DNA of 64,000 nt from Malacoraja senta (Eukaryota): the NCBI GenBank assembly GCA_038087875.1, contig CM075987.1:25298001-25362000 (forward strand), written 5' to 3'. Below the pieces are notes generated by a model, which saw only the letters and a list, made by a program, of their open reading frames with translations, was not told the origin of the DNA and did not search any database. This document shows positions 50,301 to 62,857 of the stretch, in pieces. The number at the start of each line of letters is the position of its first letter. Position 1 is the first letter of the stretch. The translations under genes were made by a program, and so were the position numbers.

Positions 50301-52093
50301 AACGTACAAACTCCGTACAGACAGCACCCGTGGTCGGGATCGAACCTGGGTCTCTGGTGCTGTCTGTGTGGAGTTTGCACGATCTCCCTGTGACTGCGCG
50401 GGTTTCTTCTAGGTGCTCCTGTTTCCTCGCACATCCCAACGATGTGCGGGCTTGTAGGATCATTTAAACTCGGACTCTTGTTTTTGAGTAAACCCGGCCT
50501 CTTGTTACCATGTGCAACAGATTTCCACTGTCCCTTATTCTGTTTAGCTCTTACAAATATAGTTTAGTTTAGTTTAGAGATACAGAACGGAAATAGGCCC
50601 ACCGTGCCGACCAGTGGTCCCCGCACACTAACACTATCTTGCACATTAGGGACAACTTAGAATTTTTACCGAAGCCAACGAACCCGTATGTCTTTGGAGT
50701 GCGGGAGGAAACCAGAGCACCCGGAGAAAACCCGCGTGGTCACCGAGAGAATGTACAAACTCTGGGCAGACAGAACTTGTAGTCAGGGTCGAAATCAGGT
50801 CACTGGCGCTGTAAGGCAGCAACTCTACCGCTGCGCCACCGTGCCGCCCCTAGCAACTCCCTATAAATGGACCCCTATAATTCCCCCGCCCCCCCCCATT
50901 GTGCAGGGAACTGGATGCGAAAGTTGGACGAGGTAGAACCAGGGCGATGGATGGTTGAAGTTGACTCGTTGGGCCAAATGGCCTCTTTCCATGCTGCATC
51001 TTTCGATTCACTCAATCAAATGGCGAGGAACTGTAGATACTAGTTTACACTGAAGATAGATATAAAAAGCTGGAGTAACTCAGCGGGACAGGCAGCATCT
51101 CTGGAGAGAAGGAATGGGTGACGCTTCAGGTCGAGACCCTTTTCTGGGACTGTGATCCAGTGTGAAAATGGAACAGTGGCCTGATGTCTTGTGTGGAAAG
51201 CGAGAGTTCTGGAAAGCCTGTTAGATGAGGCAGAAGCAGGATTAGAATATCCCTTGGCCAATTATGTACTCGTTCAACGAATGCTCCTTTAATCTCATGA
51301 GTTCACTTTCACTAACAAGTCTTTTATGCAGTACTTAATCAAAAGCCTTATGAAAATCAAAAATCGCACATGAGCCACACTACCCTCATCAGCGCTGTCA
51401 ATTACTCCAACAATAAACTCAAATCAATTTAGTCTAACGCAATTTCCTTCAACAGGTCCCGCAGGCTTTTGTCTATTATGCTGTGGTCTGGAAATTCATT
51501 GGATCAACGCTGCTAAAACAAATTTGCTCAGATGAATATCATACAACGTGCTGTTTTACAGATGAATGAATGGGTAAATACTTTATTGCCACAAGCGAGA
51601 AGTCACAGCGAAATGTTTTGTTTGCGCACCCAAGGTATGTAAATAGTCACCACATAGAGGGCGGGGACAAAGGTACAAAGTGTACACAGTATCCGCCCCA
51701 GGTCCCCCTTTGTAACCCCCCCTCCCTCAACCCTCTGCCCCCCCCCACACACCGGGTCCCCATTGTCTATTGGTCTTCCCCCCACCCTCCCTCATGGCAA
51801 TCCCTCCTTTCAGCAAAAACGTTGTCAGTTGAAAGGTTCACTTGCTGTTTAGAAACATCGAAACATAGAAAATATGTGCAGGAGGAGGCCATTCGGCCCT
51901 TCGAGCCAGCACCGCCATTCATTGTGATCATGGCTGATCGTCCCCTATCAATAACCCGTGCCTGCCTTCTCCCCATATCCCTTGACTCCACTAGCCCCTA
52001 GAGCTCTATCTAACTCTCTCTTAAATCCATCCAGTGACTTGGCCTCCATTGCCCTCTGTGGCAGGGAATTCCAGGGAATTCCAGTTTAGGTTA

Positions 52094-52186
52094 GGGATGC
52101 AAGCAGAAGCCCCCACGTGGCGCATCCCAAGCAATGCTGACGACAGAAACTGTACCACAGTGACTGACTGAAGTCGCCAATTCTGC
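52094..52186 (+). ncRNA. HDV-like ribozyme motif with extended P4, P1.1 degenerate
   Basis: P1 GGGAUGC/GCAUCCC; P2 GCAGAA/UUCUGC; P3 GCC/GGC; L3 CCCACGU; CGAC..GUCG in P4; J4/2 CCAA. Confidence 0.75.
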
Positions 52187-52263
52187 AACCACCGACCGTC
52201 AACCGTCACTGACCGACCGGAAAGACGTGATATAGAAGATGGCTGGACACGATGAAGAAGAAG
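52094..52263 (+). mobile_element. Ribozyme-headed short retroposon (type D) with (GAA)n tail
   Basis: TSD-like agt(t/a)taggtt at 52083-52092 and 52262-52271; ends ggacacgatgaagaagaag. Confidence 0.75.
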
Positions 52264-53155
52264 TATAGGTTCAAGATAAAGTGCAGAAACAGGCCCCTTC
52301 AGCTCACCGTATCCGCGCCGACCAGCGATCCCCGCAAACAAACACCACCCGACACACACTAAAGACAATTTACAATTTTACCAAGCCAATTTGCCTGCAA
52401 ACCTGTACGTCTTTGGAGCGTGGGAGTAAACCGAATCACAATAGACAATAGGTGCAGGAGTAGGCCATTCGGCCCTTCAAGCCAGCACCGCCATTCAATA
52501 TGATCATGGCTGATCATGCACCTGGGGAAAACCCACGCAGGTGACGGGGAGAAGGGGAGAAGTCTAGAGCTATGAAACCTGCTATGTCCAAGAGTTCAAG
52601 TGAGTTTTATTGTCATGTGTCCCTGATAGGACAATTTAATTCTTGCTTTGCTTTAGCACACCAGAACACAGTAGGCACATGTTTAGGGCAACCAGGCATA
52701 CAAGGGGGAGAACAATCCTCCGGAACATAAATAAACTGAGCGTTAAGTCCTTTCGGTGCAGAGACAGCGACAGATGGTCAAAGACAGTTTTAATCTATAA
52801 ATTGCATGGTTTACCTCAATATTTTGGATGTGAACACTGGCTCCATGGAATAAGTGCTGCCATTGACATGCACTGCTTTGAATATTCGAGATCTGCTTTG
52901 AATATTCAACCATCCTTGTTGTGACAAGGTGATTCACATCAAAATTGTTAAACGCCTCTGAGGAGAAAACCCAATTTCCAAAACATCCTCCTTATGGATG
53001 GGGGATTAACTGGTCCGAATAGAAGTACTATACTAACTTCAAGTAGCCCTTGCTTTCCCTCTCTCTCCAGTCCCTCCCCCTTCCCAGTTCTCCTTCCAGT
53101 CTTACTGTCTCCGACTACATTTTATCTCTGTTCCGCCCACTCCCCTGACATCAGT

Positions 53156-53183
53156 CTGAAGAAGGGTCTCGACCCGAAACGTC
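53156..53183 (+). ncRNA. Minimal hammerhead motif in a Penelope-like pLTR (element about 53030-53283)
   Basis: CUGAAGA-A-GGGU(CUCG)ACCC-GAAA-CGUC. Confidence 0.65.
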
Positions 53184-53299
53184 ACCCATTCCTTCTCTAC
53201 ATTGACGCTGCCTGTCCCACTGAGTTACTCCAGCATTTTGTGTCTACCTTCGATTTAAACCAGCATCTGCAGTTCTTTCCTACCATGACCTAATTCTAC

Positions 53300-53823
53300 A
53301 ATGATATGAATAGAATTAGGCCATTCGGCCCATCAGGTATCTTCCGCCATTCAAGCTTGGCTGATCTATCTCTCCTTCCGAACCCCATTCTCCTACCTTC
53401 TCCCCTTAACCTCTGACACCTGTACTAATCAAGAATCTATCTATCTCTGCTGTAACAATATCCACTGACTTGGCCTCCACAGCCTTCTGTGGCAAAGAAT
53501 TCCACAGATTCACCACCCTCTGACTAAAGAAATTTCTCCTCATCTCCTTCCTAAAAGAACATCCTTTAATTCAGAGGTTATGTCCTGTAGTCCTCGACTA
53601 TCCCGCTAGTGGAAGCATCCTCTCCACATCCACTCTATCCCAGGCTTTCACTGTTCTGTACATTTCAATGAGGTCCCCCCTCATTCTTATGAACTCCAGC
53701 GAGTCGAGGCCCAGTGTCGTCAAAGGCTGATCATATGTTAACCTACTAATTCCTGGGATCATTCTTGTAAACCTCCTCTGGACCCTCTCCAGAGCCAGCA
53801 CATCCTTCCTCAGATATGGGGCC
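53300..53823 (-). mobile_element. CR1 LINE 3' fragment (second subfamily)
   Basis: WAPYLRKDVLALERVQRRFTRMIPG on minus. Confidence 0.85.
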
Positions 53824-54908
53824 CATAGAAACATAGAAACATAGAAACATGGAAAATAGGTGCAGGAGTAGGCCATTCGGCCCTTCGAGCCTGCACCGCC
53901 ATTTAATATGATCACGGCTGATCATCCAACTCAGTATCCTGTACCTGCTTTCTCTCCATACCCCCTGATCCCTTTAGCCACAAGGGCCACATCTAACTCC
54001 CTCTTAAATATAGCCAATGAACTGGCCTCAACTACATTCTGTGGCAGAGAATTCCAGAGATTCACCACTCTCTGTGTAAAAAATGTTTTTCTCTTCTCAG
54101 TACTAAATGATTTCCCCTTTATCCTTAAACTGTGACCCCTTGTTCTGGACTCCCCCAACATCGGGAACAATCTTCCTGCATCTAGCCTGTCCAACCCCTT
54201 AAGAATTTTGTAAGTTTCTATAAGATCCCCCCCTCAGTCTTCTAAATTCCAGCGAGTACAAGCCGAGTCTATCCAGTCTTTCCTCATATGAAAGTCCTGA
54301 CATCCCAGGAATCAGTCTGGTGAACCTTCTCTATACTCTCTCTATGGCAAGAATGTCCTTCCTCAGATTAGGAGACCAAAACTGTGCGCAATACTCCAGG
54401 TGTGGTCTCACCAAGACCCTGTACAACTGCAGTAGAACCTCCCTGCTCCTATACTCAAATCCTTTTGCTATGAATGCTAACATACCATTCGCTTTCTTCA
54501 CTGCCTGCTGCACCTGCATGCCCACTTTCAATGACTGGTGTACCATGACACCCAGGTCTCGTTGCATCTCCCCTTTTCCTAATCGGCCACCATTCAGGTA
54601 ATAGTCTACTTTCCGGTTTTTGCCAGCAAAGTGGATAACCTCACATTTATCCACATTATACTGCATCTGCCATGCATTTGCCCACTCACCCAGCCCATCC
54701 AAGTCATCTTGCAGCCTCCTAGCATCCTCCTCACAGCTAACACTGCCCCCCAGCTTCGTGTCATCCGCAAACTTGGAGATGTTGCATTCAATTCCCTCGT
54801 CCAGATCATTAATATATATTGTAAATAGCTGAGGTCCCAGCACTGAGCCTTGCGGTACCCCACTAGTCACTGCCAGCCATTCTGAAAAGGACCCGTTTAC
54901 TCCTACTC
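53824..54908 (-). mobile_element. 5'-truncated CR1 LINE, same subfamily as 18307-19503
   Basis: SGVPQGSVLGP, KFADD; (ttctatgt)n tail; one frameshift near 54230. Confidence 0.95.
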
Positions 54909-56077
54909 ATTTTCCCACTACATAAGAGATTGCCATATGCCACATGCGCATTGTCCTGATATTTATCAGATTGAATTCCATTGAATATTTTATTGTCAGG
55001 TGACAAGTCACAAGTATGCAAATGGTCGCTCATAAAGGGGGCTGACAAAATTACAAATCCCCCTGCTCCAGTTTCCCCTTTGTTCTCCCCCTCCCTCACG
55101 CCGGGTCCTTCTTCGTTCCTTTCTGTCGGCAGCGGCGTCCCCACTTCCACGTGTCCGTCCACGTCCGTCGGCCGGCGCCACCATTGACCGCCGCACCGAC
55201 CTCTCCACTATCGCCGCCGGGTCCTCTGCCAGCGTGAATATCTTGATGCGTGCATCTACTGAGACATCATAAAATCGTCTTCTCAGTTTCCAAAGCATAT
55301 CTCCTAAGTGGCCTCTGACTGTGAGCTGGTAGTCTGCTCCCTTCACAATGAGCAAAGCACAACGTGTTAGAGTAACTCAACTCCTCAGGCAGCATCTGCG
55401 GGGAGAATGGATAGGTGATTTTTCCAGGTCGGGGGCCTCCTTCAGACTTTTCCTATCCATTCCTTCCACAGATGCTGCCTGACCCGCCGAGATCCTCCAA
55501 CACTTTGTATTTTGCTCCAGATTCCAACATCTGCAGTTCGTTGTGTCTCCCTTCCTAACGGCACTTGTTTGTCCAGCTGCAATTACAAAACGGATTACTG
55601 CTTTGTGAGTACATTTGGATGTAGTTTGAAGCCTTAATTACTGGTATTAATCAAATCAACATTCACTGCACAAAATATACTCTAACCACAGATTATTACA
55701 CCTTAATGGAGAGGTATTTTCAGTGAATTACTAACAACCCACATGCTAAATCAACTGATAGAAAATATTCTCTGAAATTCTATAAATTGCTTATTTACCA
55801 TCAATCAACATCATTCCTTGAAAAGTAACACTTCCATAAACCTGCAAATATTCAAGTTTCTAAATATGCAGTCCTTGACTTTTGTCATCTGCAAAGATAT
55901 GTCAGCATTCTAAGAATTAATAATTTGACAAATTATCCGACTTTTACCTGTTATGGCGATGCTGTGGCGCAGCGGTAGAGATTCTGCCTCACAGCGCCAG
56001 AGACCCGGTTCGATCCTGACTACGGGTGCTGTCCGTATGGAGTTTGTACGTTCTCCCCGCGACCCGCGTGGGTCCAA

Positions 56078-56632
56078 ATCCATTTTTCCCATTTTCTGTT
56101 AAACTCGTCTTCTTTCACTCTTAGAGAATATGTCATTTTCTCCATGATAAATATTTCCTGTACTATGTCTAACCATCATCTAAGTCTGGGTGTGTCCGCT
56201 GCAAGCCATCTTCTTGTAATGTCCTTACTGCCAGCATGTGAGTAGGATTTTAACCAAGTAATGATCTTCCTTCAGCACCACTTTAGTTATGTTACCCAGG
56301 TATAAAATGGAACACTTCTTGGAGACTATATATCCTAATACCTCCTTTAATTCTGAATTCACTCTGTCCCAAAATGGTTCTAATTTTGGGCAACGCCAGA
56401 AGATATGTGCATGATTTGCGTCTGTTTGGCCACATTGCCTCCAGCATGTTTGCTGCCTTAGAATCTGCTTGCTTTTTATGTTAGGCGTAATAAAGAAACA
56501 CATTTTTCCAATTAATACTCTCCATTTTTGTGAATTAGTGGATGTCTGAAGTGTTACACACATATGATGCCATTCTTCTTCTGAGATTGTGATGTTCAAT
56601 TCCTTTTCCCACTTAAATGTATCTCCAAACTG
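56078..56632 (-). mobile_element. Old L1-clade ORF2 C-terminal fragment
   Basis: WEKELN..EEEW, CWRQCG..NHAHIFWRCPKL..FW (CCHC knuckle). Confidence 0.85.
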
Positions 56633-57201
56633 AAACACATAGAACCAACAAGTCGTGGTCCCAAGGGCAGATCATTTAGCTTAAAAAGATGGAAATGATT
56701 CAATTTTATAAACTATCTCACAAGTTCACAAGTTATAGGAGTAGAACCAGGCCATTCGGCCCATCGAGTCGACTCCGCCATTCAATCATGGCTGATCTCT
56801 GCCTCCTAATCCCATTTTCCCGCCTTACGAGTTCACAAGTTATGGGAGTAGATTTTCAAAGATTCTTGATTTTCAAAGATGAAAAAAGCATGAACTCACA
56901 ACTAAGTCTCCAGCAGTGTTTTCCCTAAGCCTTGCGTCGCCAGATGGTGAAATATAGATTTAATCAGTGGAATTCTCCCTCGGTGAATATCCATGCTGCA
57001 ATTCATTAAACATAATATTAGGTTTGCATTTCTGTGTCAATTCACTCCACCACAACAACATATCTGGCGAGCAAACTACCAGAGTTTAAAGTAAGCGGAA
57101 AACATGCTCACATGCCAGTTCAGTAATGCAGCAAAATGGAGATGCATCTCTCGCGTTAATAAAAGTTTCATGCCAATAGGCCGGGAATCATTTTCTAGTT
57201 A

Positions 57202-57234
57202 CCAGCAGAGGGTGCAGAAAGTAACCATGGCAAC
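57202..57234 (+). promoter_or_regulatory. CTCF-like core next to an RFX X-box
   Basis: ccagcagagggtgc (57202-57215) and gtaaccatggcaac (57221-57234); motif match only. Confidence 0.35.
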
Positions 57235-57275
57235 CAGGGAGCTCAGGCACCAATGACAAATCACAACCCAAGTTA

Positions 57276-57668
57276 TGCCCCTGTCCCACTTAGGCGATTT
57301 TTTAGGCGACTACAGGCGACTAGGCTGTCGTCACATGGTCGCCAGGGTGTCGCCTGTACGGCCGTGAGTCGTCTCCTCAGTCGCCCAAAGAGTCGTAGCG
57401 TCTTTCTGGTCGCCGCTGGACTTTCAACGTGTTGAACATTTTTCGGAGACAGTCAACGACAGTGGGTTTGACGCCAATGATGTAGCTTTTGTCGTAGTTG
57501 TCGCCAGGTTAACGTAGTTTGTCGCCGGTACTGACTTCATTTTTTTTTGGTTAAAGTTAGGATTCTATTTCAAATTTTATGTTGAAGGGGACCGTTTTTT
57601 CGGCGACCATCTACGACTGTGACAGATGCGGGCAGTCCCCTAAAAATAGCCTAAGTGGGACAGGCCCA
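57276..57668. mobile_element. PIF/Harbinger-like MITE
   Basis: TIRs cctgtcccacttaggc / gcctaagtgggacagg; tta/taa flanks. Confidence 0.75.
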
Positions 57669-58795
57669 TAACTCAGCGGGTCAGACATCATCTCTGGAGA
57701 AAAGGAATGGGTGACATAACTCTCTCAGAGCGGCACGGTGGCGCAGCGGTAGAGTGGCTCGGACTATGTACAAGTTGGGAGTTTGTACGTTCTCCCTGTG
57801 ACCTGCGTGGTTTTTCTCCGGGTTCTCCGGTTTCCTCCCACACTCTAAAAAGATGTAGGTTAATTGGCTTTGGTAAAATTGTAAATCTGTCCCTAGGGTG
57901 TGCAGGACAGTGTTAGCGTGCGGGGATCGCTGGTCGGCGCGGACCGAAAAGGAGGGGCAGAAAGGACAGAGAAAGAGACGTGATTTTTGCTGACGTTTAT
58001 CTGCATCTTTTTTCTTCTTCAACTCTCTTTGGTTTGTGACTATTCACAAGGTTGTAACGTTCACAATAATATCATTCAAATATACTCCAGAGGCCAAAGG
58101 AAGAACACTACACAGTTATGTAAACAAAAAAAGATGCATTTGGAAAACCAGTCTCTGTATCTCAAGGACATTTGTATACACGTGGCATTTCATGTCAATA
58201 TATGGTTAGCCGAATTTAGCAGCAGAGGTGCCGGTGGAAACATGTTCCAGTCTATATTCCCCCCACAGAAACGCAACCCCTTTGTGATTATATCATACTT
58301 TTCACATTTCTTTTTCCACTAGTAAATTCACTGTTGTGAAGCCATGTTGTACATGTAACTAAAAAAAAACACACACACAAAGTGCTGGAGTAACTCAACA
58401 GGTCAGGCAGAACATTCATGGGTGACGTTTCTGGTCGGGATCCTTTTCCAGTCTGAAGAAGGGTCCCGACTTGAAAAGTCACTGATCAATGTAATCCAGA
58501 GATGCTGCCTGACCCTCTGATTTACTCCAGCATTTTGTCTTTGTTTCGATTAATCAGCATCTGTATTTCCTTGTAACTCCTTGTTCATACGTTCTAGGAG
58601 CAGAATTAGGCCATTCGGCCCATTGTTCACTTTACCATTCAATCACGGCTGAACTATCTTTCCCTCTCAACCCCATTCTCCTGCTTTCTCCTCATAACCC
58701 CTGACACCCGTACCAATCAAGAATCTATCTATCTATCTCTGCCTTAAAAATATCCATTGACTTGGCCCCCATAGCCTTCCGTGGCAGTGAAGTAA

Positions 58796-59463
58796 AGGCT
58801 CTGTCTCACGGTGTTGCGGTCATCAGCGGTGAAGCGCGGCTTCGCCTGTAGAGGGGACCGCACGGCAACGGCGAGAGCGCCGAGCCTATGCCACGGGAGC
58901 GCCGCACGGATGCTGCGCAGGGGCCGAGTGATTTAAATACGGCTGGTCCCACGTGCTCGCGGTAAGTATAAAAAAAAAGTGCGGGCCGACTGCGATGACG
59001 TCATTTTGGATCTGCGGGGCTGTGGCGGCGGCCGTCCTGATCGCGGCGCTGTAGCGGTGGCTGTGGCGGCGGCCTTGCCGCACACGTGACTCACTAGCGG
59101 CGGCTGTGGCAGCGGCTGTGCTGATCGCGGCGCTGTAGCGGTGGCTGTGGCGGCGGCCGTGCCGGCGGTCGTGCCTCACTGGCGGAGGCTGTGGCGGTGC
59201 AAGTTCGACGCGCGGCGCTCGTGCCACACTGGCGGCGGCTGTGGCGGCGGCCGTGCCGCAGTCGTGCCTCACTGGCGGAGGCTGTGCGGTAGGGACATAT
59301 TTTTGAACAGTGTTGGTTTTATTTTAGCACCGTGCGGTGTTGGGAACAACGCCGCACGGCCCCGGAATTGTGCGTTTGACCGAGTGCGCGGTCTATGGCG
59401 GCCCAGGAGCGGTAGATTCTTCCTGTTTCGCCGCCAATGACCGCAGACTCGTGAGACAGGCCT
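58796..59463. mobile_element. CpG-rich Harbinger-like non-autonomous element with internal tandem repeats
   Basis: TIRs ctgtctcacg..tgcggtcat / atgaccgca..cgtgagacag; taa/tta flanks; repeated gctgtggcggcggccgt units. Confidence 0.7.
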
Positions 59464-59837
59464 TTAAGTGTGTGTGTGTGTCCTTGCAAGTGCAACCCCA
59501 GTGTTAACTATTGTAACTAATATTGTTTGACCTCCTGGAATACAAATTGAAATTGTGATCTGTAATATATGAGGATTGTATCCATTAGTTGATACAGATA
59601 CAAACAGAAGCAGATGATAAAACTAAAGCCTTGTTGGTTCAGGTCAGGGGAGGGGAGGGGAGGGGAGGGTGCAGCAATGATTCCAAAACTATATGAAAGA
59701 GAATCTGCAGTTTCAAGAGTGGCACATTGGTGCAGCGGTAGAGTTTGCTGCCTTACAGCACTTGCCAGAGACCCTGGTTCGATCCTGACTACGGGTGCTG
59801 TCTGTACGTAGATTGTATGTTCTCCCTGTGACTCAGT

Positions 59838-59865
59838 CTGAAGAAGGGTTTCGGCCCGAAACGTT
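59838..59865 (+). ncRNA. Minimal hammerhead motif, second pLTR subfamily
   Basis: CUGAAGA-A-GGGU(UUCG)GCCC-GAAA-CGUU. Confidence 0.6.
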
Positions 59866-60831
59866 GCCTATTTCCTTCGCTCCATAGATGCTGCTGCACC
59901 CGCTGAGTTTCTCCAGCACTTTTGTCTACCTTCGATTTTCCAGCATCTGCAGTTCCTTCTTAAAAACTCCCTGTGATCACGTGGGTTTTCTCCGAGATCT
60001 TCGGATTCCTCCCACACTCCAAAGACGTGCAGGTTTGTAGGTTAATTGGCTTGGTATAAATGGCACCGTGAGGCAGCAACTCTACCGCTGCGCCACCGTT
60101 TCACCATAGAAGAAAATAATGTTGCCGTTTATTTATAACAGGAACATCTGCACTGCTAATTCAGTTACCGACCTTCTTTAACTGTAGAGGGTGTGGGAGA
60201 CGAGAAGATAGGAAAGGGCTTAGCAAAGGTAAGGTGACAGGTAGGTAATCTTTCAACTTCATACAAGAAATGGCGAAAATAAAAATAGTTTCACAACACA
60301 AACCACCGTAAATCACTGAGCGACAGAGCAACGCGAGGGCAAGAGGAAGTTTTGGATTGTTGTCAACAACGCTTTTGATGGAGAAAGATTAATCAAGAGT
60401 TTGAGGGGACTAGCAGATGAAGTGGTGGAGGACAAAATGCTGGAATCACTCGAGTAACAGTTGGACGAGAGAATTGGAGCTTCAGAAAGGAAATCAATAA
60501 TAAATAAATCAAAAAAGTCACCCGCTCCCTCCATCGAGAAGATTGCAAATAATTCCGTTCTCCGCAACTCTCGTTTGTATTTTGGGGTTGGTGTGGCAAA
60601 ATCTCGGTCCATCAATGTCAGTCAGTCATTGTCTCAGTTTCACGATATGTAGCACTGGGTGACCAAGAAATTGTTATTATTCTTAATTGTAACTGAGAAG
60701 GTTCAAGAGGGTTTAAAAGGAAAATGTCAAGACAAAATGAATTCGCAAGGCACTGGTTTAGGAATGGCTCCCAGTCTGTGGAGAGTAAATTGTTCTCAGG
60801 CAGAAAGACCAAATTAGTTTTGCAATTGCAA

Positions 60832-61148
60832 GGGCGTCACGTTGGCGCAGCGGTAGAGTTGCTGCCTCACAGCGCCAGAGACCGGGGTTCGATCCCGTCT
60901 ACGGGCGCTGTCTGTACGGAGTTTGTAAGTTCTCCCCAAGGCCTAAGTGGGTTTTCTCTGAGATCTTCGGTTTCCTCCCACACTCCAAAGACGTCCAGGT
61001 TTGTAGGTTAATTGGCTTGGTGTAAATGTAAGTTGTCCCTAGTGTGTGTAGGATGGTGTTAGTGTGCGGGGATCGCTGGTCGGTGTGGGCTCTGTGGGCC
61101 GAAGGGCCTGTTTCCGTGCTGTGTCTCCAAACTAAACTAAGACTAAAA
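60832..61148 (+). mobile_element. Full-length V-SINE (HE1-like)
   Basis: A and B boxes, core and tail. Confidence 0.9.
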
Positions 61149-61231
61149 TTGACTTAAAAAACATTGGGACCACAGAGCTGCGGAAAAGAACAGTTAATCC
61201 CACTGCTGACCAAGACATGATGACTACTGCA

Positions 61232-62330
61232 GGTACACAAAAATGCTGGAGAAACTCAGCGGGTGCAGCAGCATCTATGGAGCAAAGGAAATAGGCAACG
61301 TTTCGGGCCAAAACCCTTCTTCAGACTGATAGGGGGTGGGGGGAAGAAAGGAAAAAAGGAAAAAGGCGGAGGAGGAGCCCGAGGGCTGGGGGAGGGGAGG
61401 AGACAACCAGAGGGCTGATGAAGGGGAGGGGACAGCAAGTGCTAGCAGAATTGGGAGAATTCAATGTTCAAGCCCCCAGGATGTAGACTGCCCAAGCGGA
61501 ATATGAGGTGCATTTCCTCCAATTTACGGTGTTGCTCGTTGTGGCCATGGAGGAGACCCAGGACAGAGAGGTCAGATACGGAATGGGAGGGTGAGTTGAA
61601 GTGCTGAGCCACCGGGAGCACAGGTTGGTTATTGCGGACGGACCGGAGGTGTTCGGCGAAACGATCGCCAAGCCTCCGCTTGGTCTCACCGATGTAGATC
61701 AGCTGGCATCTAGAGCAGCGGATGCAATAGATGAGGTTGGAGGAGATGCAGGTGAACCTCTGTCGCACCTGGAACGACTGCTTGGGTCCTTGAATGGAGT
61801 CGAGGGGGGAGGTGAAGGGACAAGTGTTGCATCTCTTGCGGTTGCAAGGGAAAGTACCCGGGGAGGGGGTGGTATGGGAGGGAAGGGAAGAATTGACAAG
61901 GGAGTTACGGAGGGAGCGGTCTTTGCGGAAGGCAGACATGGGGGGAGATGGGAAGATGTGGCGAGTGGTGGGGTCACGTTGGAGGTGACGAAACTGACGG
62001 AGGATCACTTGTTGTATGTGACGGCTGGTGGGGTGAAAGGTGAGGACTAGGGGGACTCTGCCCTTGTTGTGAGTGGGGGGATGGGGAGAGAGAGCAGTGT
62101 TGCGGGGTATGGCAGAGACCCTGGTGCGAGCCTCATCTATGGTGGAGGAGGGGAACCCCACGTTCCCTGAAGAATGAGGACATTTCAGATGCCCTGGTGT
62201 GGAACGCCTCATCCTGGGAGCAGATGCGGCGTAGACGGAGGAATTGGGAGTGGGGGATGGAGTCCTTACAGGAAGCAGGGTGGGAAGAAGTGTAGTCCAG
62301 ATAGCCATGGGAGTCGGTGGGTTTGCAGGT
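61232..62330 (-). mobile_element. Penelope-like retroelement, 5'-truncated (RT tail, Cys motif, GIY-YIG) with pLTR
   Basis: KPTDSHGYLDYTSSHP; CNRKRCNTC; SNLIYCIRCSRCQLIYIGETKRRLGDRFAEH..GLNIEFSQF. Confidence 0.95.
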
Positions 62331-62523
62331 GTGGAAATAGGAATGATGTGTCAAACATCCACCAAATATTCTAAAGATAGACACAAAATGCTTTACGTCT
62401 TTGGAGTGTGGGAGGAAACTGAAGATCTCGGAGAAATACCACACAAGTCACAGAGAGAACGTACAAACTCCATACAGACAAGCACCCATAGTCAGGATCG
62501 AACCCGGGTCTCTGGGGCTGCGA

Positions 62524-62857
62524 TGGGCCTGTCCCACTTACTCAACTTTTTCGGCGACTGCCGGCACCCGTCATAGGTCGTTGCAGGTCGCCGAAAATGT
62601 TCAACATGTTGAAAATCCAGTGGCGACCAGAACAAGGTACGACTCTATTGGGCGACTACTCACGACCGTACAGGCTTCACCCCATGACATGTCGCCTGTA
62701 TGGTCGTGAGTCGTCTCCTCAGTCGCCCAAAGAGTCGTAGCGTCTTTCTGGTCGCCGCTGGATTTTGAACATGTTGAAAATGTTTGGCGACCTGCAATGA
62801 CCTATTATGCCGGGTGCCGGCAATCACCAAAAAGGTCCCGTAAGTAAGACAGGCCCA
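62524..62857. mobile_element. PIF/Harbinger-like MITE, same family as 21492-21817
   Basis: TIRs tgggcctgtcccactta / taagtaagacaggccca; shared interior; inserted in a V-SINE. Confidence 0.8.

Noticed and set aside
55090..55240. GC-rich stretch with tccacgt motifs as a ribozyme
   Set aside because: No P3/P1/P2 pairing; resembles the LINE 3' UTR-like sequence at 51570-51830.
58886..59440. Ala/Arg-rich ORFs
   Set aside because: Products of GC-rich tandem repeats inside a MITE.
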